Source of the DNA: Candidatus Parcubacteria bacterium
GTDB lineage: Bacteria; Patescibacteriota; Minisyncoccia; UBA6257; HR35
Assembly (NCBI GenBank): GCA_026004495.1
Contig: BPJG01000001.1
Location: forward strand, 144,582 to 208,581
Length of the DNA: 64,000 bases
Reading direction: 5' to 3'
Each line of letters starts with the position of its first letter. Within the stretch, counting starts at the first letter, position 1. This document shows, piece by piece, positions 9,961 to 20,338 of this stretch. Under the pieces are notes generated by a model that saw nothing but the letters and a program-made list of their open reading frames with translations, did not search any database and was not told the origin of the DNA. Made by a program: the position numbers and the translations under genes.

Positions 9961-12513
9961 ATGGAAAAATTAATTGAGTTTTCTCAGAAAAGTGAAACTG
10001 AAATTTTAACCGAATTAAAAACTTCTCAAGAAGGATTAAATGAAAAAGAAGCTGAAAAAAGATTAAGAAAATTCGGTTTAAATAAAATTTCTTCTTTTAA
10101 GATTGATCTTTTAGAAATTATTAAAAGAAATTGTCTAAATTTTTTAAATATTTTTCTTTTTATTGCTGGTTTACTTTCCTTTTTAATTAAGGGTCCTGAA
10201 GTTGAAACCAATTTAATTTTTTTCTTTTTAATTCTTTCAATTTTAATTGCTATTTTTCAAGATTATCGAGTTAATAAATTAAGTGAAAAACTTTTGTCTT
10301 ATTTTAAGAATTATGCTTGGGTTAAAAGAGACGGTAAATGGCAGGAAATTGAAGCTGAATATTTAGTTCCTGGTGATTATGTTAAAGTTCAAGCTGGTTA
10401 TTTAATTCCAGCTGATATAAGAATTTTAAAAACAGAAGATGCTTTAGTTGATGAATCAATAATTACTGGTGAAAGTGAGCCAATATATAAAAACGCGGAA
10501 CTATCAGAACTTATACAGAACTTACAGAAAAATTCAGCTAGTTCAGCGTCAGTTCTGCGTAGTTCTGTTATTCCAGAAAATATTTCTCTTTTGGGTACAA
10601 CATTAATAAAAGGAGAAATTGAAGGAATTGTTTTGGTTACCGGTAAAGAAAGTTATTTTGGTTCAATTGCTAAAAAAACAATTGAAATAAGTAAAGAAAC
10701 TGCCTATGAAAAAATGATGGATCAATTCGCTAAAAATATTTCTTTCCTTGCTATTTTAATTGCTTTAATAATAATTTCTATTAATCTTTTAAAGCCAGGT
10801 TATCCAAATTTTCAAGAATTAATAATTTTTTCAATTGTTTTAGCTGTTGCCATTGTACCAGAATTTTTGCCAACAATGACTGTTTTAGCTTTAAGTTTGG
10901 CTGGAAATAGATTAGCTAAAAAAGGGTTAGTTATTAAAAGACTTTCATCAATCGAAGACTTAGGAGCAATTCAAATTTTATGTACTGATAAAACAGGGAC
11001 AATTACAACGAATGAATTAAGGTTAGAAAGAATTATAACACAAACTGGAAACGAACAACAAACAGACAAAGCTGAGATAATCAATATGAATACTATGACC
11101 GAACATTCCGCATTAAGTCCAGATAAGTCCATGTTTATAAAATATTTTTTAGCAGACTATTATTTCACTCAAGAAGCTACTCCTTATGACAAAGCAATTT
11201 TAGAAAAAATAAAAGAAATGTCTGATTACTCAAATTGGGAATTAATTGAAGATACCGATTTTGATCCAATCAAAAGAATAAGAAAAATTATTGTTAAAGT
11301 AAATGATGGAATTATCGAAATTGTTAAAGGTTCACCTGAAGAAATTGCTAAAATAACTCAAGATGATAATTGTTTAGAGATTTTTAAACGAGAAGATAAA
11401 AATGGTTTAAGAACATTAGCTTTAGCTGTAAATAATAAATTTTTAGGCATTGCTTCTTTTGTTGATCCTTTGAAAGAAAGCGCTTTTTCAGCTATTAATT
11501 TAGCTAAAAGATTAAATTTAGAAATAAAGATTTTAACAGGTGATTCATTAAATGTTGCCCGAGCTGTTGGTTTAAAACTTGGTTTAATTGAAGAAAATGA
11601 AAGGGTTGTCTTAGGAGAAGAAATAAGAAATTTAACTGGTGAAGAATTGAAAAAAATTGTCAAAGAAACAAAGATTTTTGCTCGCGTTTTACCTGAAGAT
11701 AAACTAAAAATTATCGAGGTTTTACAAAAAGAAAAATTTGTTGGTTTTTTAGGTGAAGGAATTAACGATGCTCCAGCTTTAAAAATAGTAAATGTTGCTT
11801 TAGCTGTTGATACTGCTACTGATATTGTTAAACAAGAAGCAGATATTATTTTAAAAGAAAAAGATTTGAAAACAATTATCGATGGTATTTATCAAGGCCG
11901 AAAAGTTTTAGAAAATATTGGTAAATATATTAAGCATACAATGAGTGATAATTTTGGCAATTTAACTTCAGTTGCTATTTTAACTTCAATTTTGCCTTTC
12001 GTACCAATGACACCACTTCAAGTTTTATTAACTAATTTTTTAACTGATATTCCTTTGATTGCTTTTGCTAATGATAATGTTGAAATTAAAGAAATTAAAA
12101 AGCCGGTAAAAATGTCAAGCTATCATTTAATTTTACTTCTTTTAGGTTTAGGTATTATTGCTGGAACTATTAATATTCTTGGTTATTTAATTGTCAAAAA
12201 TCAGTCAATTGAAATTATTCAAACTTATATCTTCTTTTTAACAACAATTACTGGTTTAATTGTTTCATTTCTTATCAGAACCAAAAATTGGTTCTTTTTA
12301 TCAAAACCAAGTAAATCTTTTATAATCGCTTCAATTATAGGGCTTATTTCAACTATAGTTTTTATATTTTTGCCGTCATTCAATAAAATTTTTGGATTTT
12401 CATCTTTAAATCAAAAATTAATTTTTACTTCATTAGTTTTAATCTTAGCCTTTATTTTAGGAACTGAAATTGTCAAAAAAGTCTTTTATAAAAAATTTCC
12501 AGATGTAATTTAA
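9961..12513 (+). CDS. P-type ATPase, MgtA-like cation transporter
   Basis: TGES, VPEFLP, CTDKTGT, TGD, GEGINDAP, SDNFGN. Confidence 0.9.
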   Translation: MEKLIEFSQKSETEILTELKTSQEGLNEKEAEKRLRKFGLNKISSFKIDLLEIIKRNCLNFLNIFLFIAGLLSFLIKGPEVETNLIFFFLILSILIAIFQDYRVNKLSEKLLSYFKNYAWVKRDGKWQEIEAEYLVPGDYVKVQAGYLIPADIRILKTEDALVDESIITGESEPIYKNAELSELIQNLQKNSASSASVLRSSVIPENISLLGTTLIKGEIEGIVLVTGKESYFGSIAKKTIEISKETAYEKMMDQFAKNISFLAILIALIIISINLLKPGYPNFQELIIFSIVLAVAIVPEFLPTMTVLALSLAGNRLAKKGLVIKRLSSIEDLGAIQILCTDKTGTITTNELRLERIITQTGNEQQTDKAEIINMNTMTEHSALSPDKSMFIKYFLADYYFTQEATPYDKAILEKIKEMSDYSNWELIEDTDFDPIKRIRKIIVKVNDGIIEIVKGSPEEIAKITQDDNCLEIFKREDKNGLRTLALAVNNKFLGIASFVDPLKESAFSAINLAKRLNLEIKILTGDSLNVARAVGLKLGLIEENERVVLGEEIRNLTGEELKKIVKETKIFARVLPEDKLKIIEVLQKEKFVGFLGEGINDAPALKIVNVALAVDTATDIVKQEADIILKEKDLKTIIDGIYQGRKVLENIGKYIKHTMSDNFGNLTSVAILTSILPFVPMTPLQVLLTNFLTDIPLIAFANDNVEIKEIKKPVKMSSYHLILLLLGLGIIAGTINILGYLIVKNQSIEIIQTYIFFLTTITGLIVSFLIRTKNWFFLSKPSKSFIIASIIGLISTIVFIFLPSFNKIFGFSSLNQKLIFTSLVLILAFILGTEIVKKVFYKKFPDVI
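10493..10568. repeat. In-frame palindromic short-repeat insert ((C/G)AGAACT arm / AGTTCTGCGT arm)
   Basis: acgcggaact-atcagaact-tatacagaact-tacagaaa | aattcagct-agttcagcgtc-agttctgcgt-agttctgt. Confidence 0.8.
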
Positions 12514-12664
12514 AAACTAATGAATTTATTTGTTGCGAAGTAAAAAATATTTCTTTTTAAATCTTAAATATTAAATATAACTACTTAAAACACTACAGGA
12601 TCTTAAATGATAGTGTTATTAAAAAAAATTTATATATCAGATAAAAATTGATCAATTTATTAAT

Positions 12665-13849
12665 TTAATTATTTTCTTGATCAATATTGTTTTTTTCTTT
12701 TATATCTTTTGTTTTTAAAGTAAAAATAAAAAGTACAACTAAAACAACAACAGCAAAACCAATACCAAACCAAGGCAACCAAGAATATCGTTCGGTTATT
12801 CTATTTTCTTCTTTATCACAAATATCCCCAACACCATCATCATCTGTATCTATCTGATCTTGATTAGGATTATTAGGGCAATTATCTTGAGAATTTATTA
12901 CGCCATCTTTGTCCCAATCATCACAAGCATCTCCTAAGCCATTATTGTCAATATCTTTTTGATCTGAATTATAAACAGAAATACAATTATCATGAACATC
13001 TATTATGCCGTCGTTATCCATATCTGAAGGACGATAAGAAGAATTATTTAAGGATTTTATATTAGGAAGTATTATCAACCCTTCTGTTAATTCTAGATTG
13101 CTCGCTTCTCCAACCAAAACATTAACTGATCTATCAGGATTAAAATATATACGATAAGAGTGTTTTGGCTGGGCTAAAAATCTAATAGCATTACTTGTTA
13201 TTTTGGTAGCATTATCTTGATTTAAGCGTATTTCACTAATACGTAATGGCTGATTATAAAAAAATGTAATTTGCCATTTATCTGATTTAGTTTGTGGAAA
13301 ATAAATAGTAGTTTGAGCCATTGTTTGTTTTGCAACAATAATTTTATCTTGGCCATTAACAAAGGCACGAATTTCTATTGATGTTGGCAAGGCAACATTT
13401 TGATCAAGAACTAAATTTAACTCAGATGAAGTAATTGGAGTTTCGCTTTCTAAATTAATTTGAGCCTGACCCTGATAATTATCTGGAAGTAAAAATTCTG
13501 TATAAGTAGTTGTATCTTTATCTATCATTTTATTTGCTTCTTCATTAAATGGGATTGTGTTTATTGAAATAGGTATCTCATTAACAAATGTTTCTTGCTT
13601 AAAATAATAGGGTTCAAAAGAATTTGTCGTTTCATCAAAAACAGCAAAGTCAAATCGTTCGATAAATTCATTATCGAATGGAACTTCAACAACTGTTGGT
13701 ACCTTTAATTGAATATTTTTTATTTCTTTATAAGAACGAAAAGCGCTAATTATTGATAAAATCTTATCTTGTTGTAAATTTTGACCACTAACAGATTTAA
13801 AATAACAAAAAACAATCAGGATAAATAAAATAAAAAATTTTGATCTCAT
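12665..13849 (-). CDS. Membrane-anchored protein with thrombospondin type 3 repeats
   Basis: DNDGIIDVHDNC, DNNGLGDACD, DDDGVGDICD; signal peptide and C-terminal TM. Confidence 0.85.
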   Translation of the reverse strand: MRSKFFILFILIVFCYFKSVSGQNLQQDKILSIISAFRSYKEIKNIQLKVPTVVEVPFDNEFIERFDFAVFDETTNSFEPYYFKQETFVNEIPISINTIPFNEEANKMIDKDTTTYTEFLLPDNYQGQAQINLESETPITSSELNLVLDQNVALPTSIEIRAFVNGQDKIIVAKQTMAQTTIYFPQTKSDKWQITFFYNQPLRISEIRLNQDNATKITSNAIRFLAQPKHSYRIYFNPDRSVNVLVGEASNLELTEGLIILPNIKSLNNSSYRPSDMDNDGIIDVHDNCISVYNSDQKDIDNNGLGDACDDWDKDGVINSQDNCPNNPNQDQIDTDDDGVGDICDKEENRITERYSWLPWFGIGFAVVVLVVLFIFTLKTKDIKEKNNIDQENN

Positions 13850-13869
13850 TTTAAATATTTTAATTTATC

Positions 13870-15640
13870 TTACCTTCGGCTTTTAATAAAAAATACAGTG
13901 CTCATAAGTAAAATGCCCACAGAAAAAAACACAACAATTCTCCATTCTAACTGCATTTTCCATACTTCAACAAGAAGCAATCTAAGAACAACAGCCCCAA
14001 TTAAAGATCCTCCATAAATATATAACCCTCTTGTTTGACTTGATGTTCCATATAAATAAGCCGTAAGGCCAATTATTGTATAAATGACCAGAGCAATACC
14101 CGTAGCAATATTATCATTGTTTATTCCGGCATGTAATGAAAGCCATAAAAGTATGTATAAATATATCGAACCGATAATCAATAGTAATACATTAATTTGT
14201 TTTGACAACTTATCTCCGCTTTCCTTAATATATCTCGAAAAAAATCTACCAAGGCCAACAGAGCTAATCCTAAAATAAGTAAAACGAAAAAATCTTTATG
14301 TATCACCCCTAATGACCATGAATAAGAATCAATACTTTTAAAAGATAAAAGAACTGGCGCAATTAAAAGTAAACTCAATCTTTGAGCAACATTGATATCC
14401 CTTAAAACTAAATAAGTTATAAGAGGAATAAGAGCACTTTCAATTGTATAGGCAATTATAAGTGTTGCCCCTTGGAGCTCTGTAGCAGTCGCTGCTGCTA
14501 ATAACATAACAGCAACTCCGGCATAAACATAAAATGGCTCTCTTTTTTTGGTAAGCCTAAATAATAAAAATGCACCAACTGCAAATATAATTGCCCAAAG
14601 AGATATTATTAAGCTTTGCCATTCTTTTAAAGCAGCAGTTATAATCCAAATAAGCAAAAATAAGCCATTACCTCCCGCCGTAAAAAGATCATAAATAATT
14701 TCATCTTCTTCTGAAACTTTGTCTTTTAATTTATAAATATTTGCTGTATTAGCCAAAAAAACAAACTAGAAAAAGCATAGGCAAATAAAAGTAGCGTTTT
14801 AATGTCGGTTAAATGTGGATTAAAAAAATGTGATAAACTATATGCAGAAACAATAATAAGGGCAATAAAGGTAAGCTCTCTATAGCCAGTTAAAATAACT
14901 ATCCATATAGCTCCAAGGGTAATAATAAATAAATAAGAAAAAAGTCTTATATAATTAGGGTTAATCTGTGGCGAATTAGTTAAGAGTGGAACAATACTGG
15001 CTAATAATAAGCTTAAAATGGCAAGCGGGCGAATTTTATACTTAACGCTTACAAAGGCAACAAATGAATTGGTTAAAAACATTACAATAAGCGAAGACAA
15101 AGGAGTAAAAAAATCATAGATGAATCTCGCAGCAAAAATTGTTAATAAAATTATTGTTGAGCCAAGAACCAGAAAAATACTGCCTTGGGTTAGGTAGTTT
15201 TGCATTCTAAACCAACCAAATAATAAAAACAATGTTCCAACGATAAGACCAAGGGTAATCCGTCCAATTGGACCAATCCAATTATGCAAAAATGCATAAG
15301 TAACAAACCACCCAAATCCAATCAACAAAAGAAGTGCTCCAAGTTTAAGTAACCAATTCTCTTTTAACCAATTAGTAAATCTATAAGATAAAGATGTTTC
15401 TGGTGGAGTAATAACGCCTATAGACGTTTGTTCAGCATCTATTTGTGTTTTAAAAGTTTCTTGACTTTCAATTTGTGATTGAAAAGAAGGCTGTTCTGTA
15501 GTTGTCTTTCTTTTTAGTAAAAAATTGTTAACAGTCTTCTCTAAATTTTGTATTCGATGATTTAATTTATTTAAGTTATTTAAAATAATTACTACTATTA
15601 TTATTAAAATAAAAATAATAATATCTATTAAATTAAACAT
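13870..15640 (-). pseudogene. DUF2339-like polytopic membrane protein split into 3 overlapping ORFs by two frameshifts
   Basis: NWLLKLGALLLLIGFGWFV..WIGPIGRI; C-term LLLVEVW..WRIVVFF; ORFs 14726-15640, 14178-14756, 13870-14208 overlap in tandem. Confidence 0.7.
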
Positions 15641-15750
15641 TTTTTTATAATAATCTATTATAAAAATAATAACACAAATTAGGATAAATTTTCAAATAGT
15701 TTTCCACAGGGTCAAACATAAAAATTAAATTAAAATTTGTATAAAAATTT

Positions 15751-16671
15751 TTATTCAATTTCTTCGACTACTATTTCATCTCCTAAAATATAGGCAATTA
15801 TAGCTTTGTTATCTTTATTGATGGTAAAATCAACTTCATCATAAGGCCCATATATTTTATCATTTATTTGAACATAGTATTTATCATCTTTTGTATAAGA
15901 CCATCCATATTTTGAGCTATCAGGAAAAAATATTTCACAATAAAAAATATCACAAGGATGGACATTATCATAAGGCCCATATATTTTATCATTTAGTTGA
16001 ACATACCATTTATCATCTTTTTTATACCTCAATCCATATTTTGAACTATCAGGAAAGAATATTTCACAATAAAAAATATCACAAGGATGGACATTATCAT
16101 AAGGCCCATATATTTTATCATTTAGTTGAAGATAGTATTTATTATCTTTTTCATAAGGTACATATACATATTTACCAGTTTCTTTTTCTAAGCCCACTCC
16201 TGTAATAGACTCTCTATCTAACAATAATTTATATTTTCTTACCCTTCCTTCTTCTTTCTTAGTTTCTTCTTTCTTAGTTTCCAATTTTATATCTTTACCT
16301 TTTATAGGAAATACTTTATTATCTTTTTTCCTTTTAAATGTTAATAATCTAAGTGTATCCTTATTTATTAATCTTCCTCTAAATTCTCCTGTATTATTAT
16401 TATTTTCATCATATTCTTTAAGGATAACAGTTTTAGTCTTAAGATTAATCTCTCCTTCTAATTTTAACCATTTTCCTACTTTATCATATTTATATCTTCA
16501 TTCTATTTTATTACTATTATCTTTTTGAGATAATTCAAGAGTAATAGGATAATTAGATATTTTTAGATTATAAGTATTAGTAATTTTATTAGTAGTTATT
16601 GTTTGAGCATTAGAAAATAAGGGAGAAAGAATAAGAGAGATAAGGATTAAAGAGATTATTAGTTTTTTCAT
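15751..16671 (-). pseudogene. Secreted repeat protein with a single in-frame TGA (16498-16500)
   Basis: ATG at 16671 gives signal peptide MKKLIISLILISLILSPLFSNAQ; frame stays open except one TGA (IE*RYKYDKVG) into the 177-aa ORF. Confidence 0.75.
15841..16150. repeat. 129-bp (43-aa) intragenic tandem repeat, ~2.4 copies
   Basis: ataaggcccatatattttatcattt recurs at 15841, 15970, 16099. Confidence 0.9.
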
Positions 16672-16783
16672 TATTATTTATTGTTTTTTTAAGTTTTTGA
16701 CTATTTATATTATTAATCTTTATTTTCAATTATTATAATCTTATTTTTAAAAAATATTAAAAGATTAAAATTGTGAAAAATTT

Positions 16784-18220
16784 TTAACCCTTAATAACTC
16801 CAATTGGTATTAATTTTACTACTTTTTTAGCAAGACCAATATTATGGACAACATCAACAACCTCAGAGACATCTTTATAAGCAATTGGCGCTTCTTCGGC
16901 TAAGCCTGACATACTGCCTGCAGCAATTGAAATTCCTCTTTCTTCTAATTCTTTTTTTAATTCACCTCCTCTTATTTTTCTTTTTGCTTCTGCTCTTGAC
17001 ATCATCCTACCTGCTCCATGAGGTGCCGAACCAAAAGAAATTTCTTTGGCTAACTTTTGTCCAATTAAGACATAACTTGATGTTCCCATTGATCCTGGAA
17101 TTAATGTTGGTTGACCAATTTGATGATATTTTTCAGGAAGCTCAGGATGACCTTGCCAAAAAGCCCTTGTTGCTCCTTTACGATGAACTAATAATTTTTT
17201 ATTATCGTATTCTTCAATTTTTACTATATTGTGAGCAACATCATAAACTTGTTTTAATTCAATTTCTTTAACAAAAACTTTTTTAAATGCTCTTCTCACT
17301 TCATAAGTAATAAGTTGTCTATTGGCAAAAGCAAAATTAGCAGATGCCTTCATTGCCGATAAGTAAGCTTGACCAAGTTCATGGCTATAAGGAAAATAAG
17401 CCAATTCTCTATCAACTAAATCAATTCCTTGTTTATCTAAATATCTTAAAGCTTCGCGAATATAGTCAGTTGCCACTTGATGACCTAAACCTCTTGAACC
17501 ACAATGAATTAAAATACAAACTTTATTTTTTTCTAAGCCTAATTTTTTAGCAATTTCTTCATCGAAAATTTCAGCTACTCTTTGAATTTCAACAAAATGA
17601 TTACCAGCACCAATTGTTCCTAATTGATCTCTGCCACGATCTTTAGCTGTTTTTGAAACTTTGTCTGCCTCAGCGCCTTCAATTTTTCCATAACTTTCAG
17701 TTGCCTCTAAATCTTCTTTATCAGCATAACCAATTTCATCAAGCCATTTTGCTCCTTCTTCTAAAACTTTTTTCATCTCATCATTATTCAACTTCCAAAA
17801 ACCACCTCTACCAACACCCGAAGGAACTTCTTTAAAAATTTGTTCTGTTAATTTTGGTATTTTCTCTTTAATCTCTTCATAATAAAAAGGAGAAACTAAA
17901 AGTCTGACCCCACAGTTAATATCATATCCACAAATTCCAGGAGAAATAATTCCTTCATTTATATCAAAAGCAGCAACCCCGCCCACCGGTGAACCGTAGC
18001 CCTCATGGATATCAGGCATTGCTAAAGAATATTTAAAAACACCAGGTAAAGTTGCCATATTAACCAATTGCCATAAGCTTTTATCTGTTAAAATATCATC
18101 TAACATTTTTTCCGAAGCAAAAATTCTGGCTGGCGCTTTCATATCTTGACGAAAACTCTGAGGAATTTCCCAAATATAATCTGAAACTTTAATTAAATCT
18201 TTTTTCTCCGGCTTTTTCAT
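16784..18220 (-). CDS. rtcB: RNA 3'-phosphate/5'-OH ligase RtcB
   Basis: MPDIHEGYG, GYDINCGVR, GAGNHFVE, HCGSRGLG, HRKGATRA, PGSMG, HGAGR, EEAPIAYK. Confidence 0.96.
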   Translation of the reverse strand: MKKPEKKDLIKVSDYIWEIPQSFRQDMKAPARIFASEKMLDDILTDKSLWQLVNMATLPGVFKYSLAMPDIHEGYGSPVGGVAAFDINEGIISPGICGYDINCGVRLLVSPFYYEEIKEKIPKLTEQIFKEVPSGVGRGGFWKLNNDEMKKVLEEGAKWLDEIGYADKEDLEATESYGKIEGAEADKVSKTAKDRGRDQLGTIGAGNHFVEIQRVAEIFDEEIAKKLGLEKNKVCILIHCGSRGLGHQVATDYIREALRYLDKQGIDLVDRELAYFPYSHELGQAYLSAMKASANFAFANRQLITYEVRRAFKKVFVKEIELKQVYDVAHNIVKIEEYDNKKLLVHRKGATRAFWQGHPELPEKYHQIGQPTLIPGSMGTSSYVLIGQKLAKEISFGSAPHGAGRMMSRAEAKRKIRGGELKKELEERGISIAAGSMSGLAEEAPIAYKDVSEVVDVVHNIGLAKKVVKLIPIGVIKG

Positions 18221-18423
18221 AATTTTAAAGACTTAATAAAGACTTAATTTGGATATTATATATTAAAATTAAAAATATATTAATTAATCTAATTTAATTA
18301 TTTTAAATAATTTAAATAAATTCATAAATTAAAAAATCTAAATATAAGTTTAAATATATTTTTAAGATAGACAATAATCTTATTTAAAATTAAAATTAAA
18401 ATAAAATACTTATTTATAAAACA

Positions 18424-18846
18424 ATGAAAAAAGAAACCTCAGCAGGCATAATTGTTTTTTACCAAAACAATAAAAAAAAGATAAGAGAGTATTTGCTTCT
18501 AAAATATTTAGGTGGACACTGGGATTTTCCCAAGGGACATATAGAAATTTATGAAACTCCAGAACAAACAGCAATAAGAGAATTAAAAGAAGAAACGGGT
18601 TTAGATGTTAAATTAATAAAAGGATTTAAAAAGGTAATTAATTATCATTTTAGAAATAAAGGTGAATTTATTATCAAAGATGTAATTTATTTTTTAGGAA
18701 GAAGTTATTCACAAAAAGTTATACTTTCAGAAGAACATAAGGGTTATACATGGGCTAATTATCAAGAAGCTTTAAATTTAATAACTTATAATAAAAAATT
18801 ATTAATTGAGGCTGAGAAGTTTCTAAGATTGAAAAATAGAAAATAA
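18424..18846 (+). CDS. NUDIX hydrolase (Ap4A hydrolase-like)
   Basis: HWDFPKGHIE..TAIRELKEETGL Nudix box; LSEEH. Confidence 0.9.
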   Translation: MKKETSAGIIVFYQNNKKKIREYLLLKYLGGHWDFPKGHIEIYETPEQTAIRELKEETGLDVKLIKGFKKVINYHFRNKGEFIIKDVIYFLGRSYSQKVILSEEHKGYTWANYQEALNLITYNKKLLIEAEKFLRLKNRK

Positions 18847-18847
18847 A

Positions 18848-20098
18848 ATGGACAAAAAATTATGGCAAATAATTAAAAAAGAAATTCAAAGACAAGAAGA
18901 AACTTTGGAGCTTATTCCTTCAGAAAATTTTGTTGATTTAGAAACTTTATTTATTGTTGGTTCACCTTTAATCAATAAATATGCTGAAGGTTATCCTGGT
19001 AAAAGATATTATCCTGGTAATAAATTTATTGATGAAATTGAAAATTTGGCTAAAGAAAGAGCTTTAAAGGCTTTTAGGTTAAATCAGGATGATTGGGCAG
19101 TCAATGTCCAGTCTTATTCAGGTTCACCAGCCAATTTAGCTGTTTATTTAGCTTTAGCTGAACCAGGAGAGACAATAATGGGATTAAATTTGTTTCATGG
19201 TGGTCATTTAACTCATGGCCATAAAGTAAGTTATACAGGCAAATTGTTTAAATCGGTTCAATATGGAATTAATCCACAAACTGAAACAATTGATTATGGC
19301 GAATTAGAAAAATTAGCTTTAGAATATAAACCAAAAATAGTTATTTCAGGAACAACTGCTTATCCAAGAATAATTGATTTTAAGGTAATTTATCAAATTG
19401 CTAAAAAAGTTAATGCCTATCATATTGCTGACATTTCTCATATTGCTGGGCTTGTTAATGCTGACCTTCATCCTTCACCTTTTTATTTTGCTGATGTTGT
19501 TACAATGACAACCCATAAAACCTTAAAAGGACCAAGAGGAGCAGTTATTTTTATGAGAAAAGAATTAGAAGAAAAAATTAATAAATCAATCTTTCCTGGA
19601 CTCCAAGGAGGACCACATATGCAAACAATCGCTGGAATTGCTTATGCTTTCGGCCGAGCTTTAAAAAAAGACTTTTACAATTATCAAAAACAAATAATCA
19701 AAAATACAAAAACTTTAGCTGAAGAACTTAAAAAAATAGGTTTTAAATTATATACTAATGGAACTGACAATCATTTAATGATTATTGATCTAAAACCATT
19801 AAATTTAGATGGAAAAACGGCTGAAAATTTACTTGAAAGAGCAAATATTATTGCTAATCGCAATTCTTTACCTTCAGATACTTCCCCATTCAATCCAACT
19901 GGTATTAGAGTAGGCACACCAGCAGTTACTAGCCGAGGAATGAAAGAAAAAGAAATGAAACTGATGGCTGAATTTTTTGAAAGAATCTTAATTAGAAAAG
20001 AAAAACCAGAAAAAATTAAAAAAGAAGTTATTAAATTAACAAAAAAATTTCCTCTAAATTACATTAAATGGATAAAAAATATTCAAAGAATATTATAA
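18848..20098 (+). CDS. glyA: Serine hydroxymethyltransferase
   Basis: LIPSEN, KYAEGYPGKRYY, GGHLTHG, TTHKTLKGPRG, GTDNHL. Confidence 0.97.
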   Translation: MDKKLWQIIKKEIQRQEETLELIPSENFVDLETLFIVGSPLINKYAEGYPGKRYYPGNKFIDEIENLAKERALKAFRLNQDDWAVNVQSYSGSPANLAVYLALAEPGETIMGLNLFHGGHLTHGHKVSYTGKLFKSVQYGINPQTETIDYGELEKLALEYKPKIVISGTTAYPRIIDFKVIYQIAKKVNAYHIADISHIAGLVNADLHPSPFYFADVVTMTTHKTLKGPRGAVIFMRKELEEKINKSIFPGLQGGPHMQTIAGIAYAFGRALKKDFYNYQKQIIKNTKTLAEELKKIGFKLYTNGTDNHLMIIDLKPLNLDGKTAENLLERANIIANRNSLPSDTSPFNPTGIRVGTPAVTSRGMKEKEMKLMAEFFERILIRKEKPEKIKKEVIKLTKKFPLNYIKWIKNIQRIL

Positions 20099-20338
20099 AA
20101 AAATAATTTTAAATTTTTTATCTTAATTAATTTTAATTATTGTATCTTATATAAAGGTTGGGGAAGTTTTACTTCATCAAAAATTGAGCTCTTTGGTTTA
20201 ATAAAAAAAATATAAAAAGTTATAGTTATTATAATAATAAATATTATTTTTAATAAAAAGGCTTTCATTTTAAATAAATTTATAAAATTTAATTTAATTA
20301 ATATTTATTTATTAAAATTTTAATCTTATAATTTTAAA

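Noticed and set aside
20068-20214. 48-aa ORF overlapping the glyA end
   Set aside because: No recognisable motif; low-complexity AT-rich sequence
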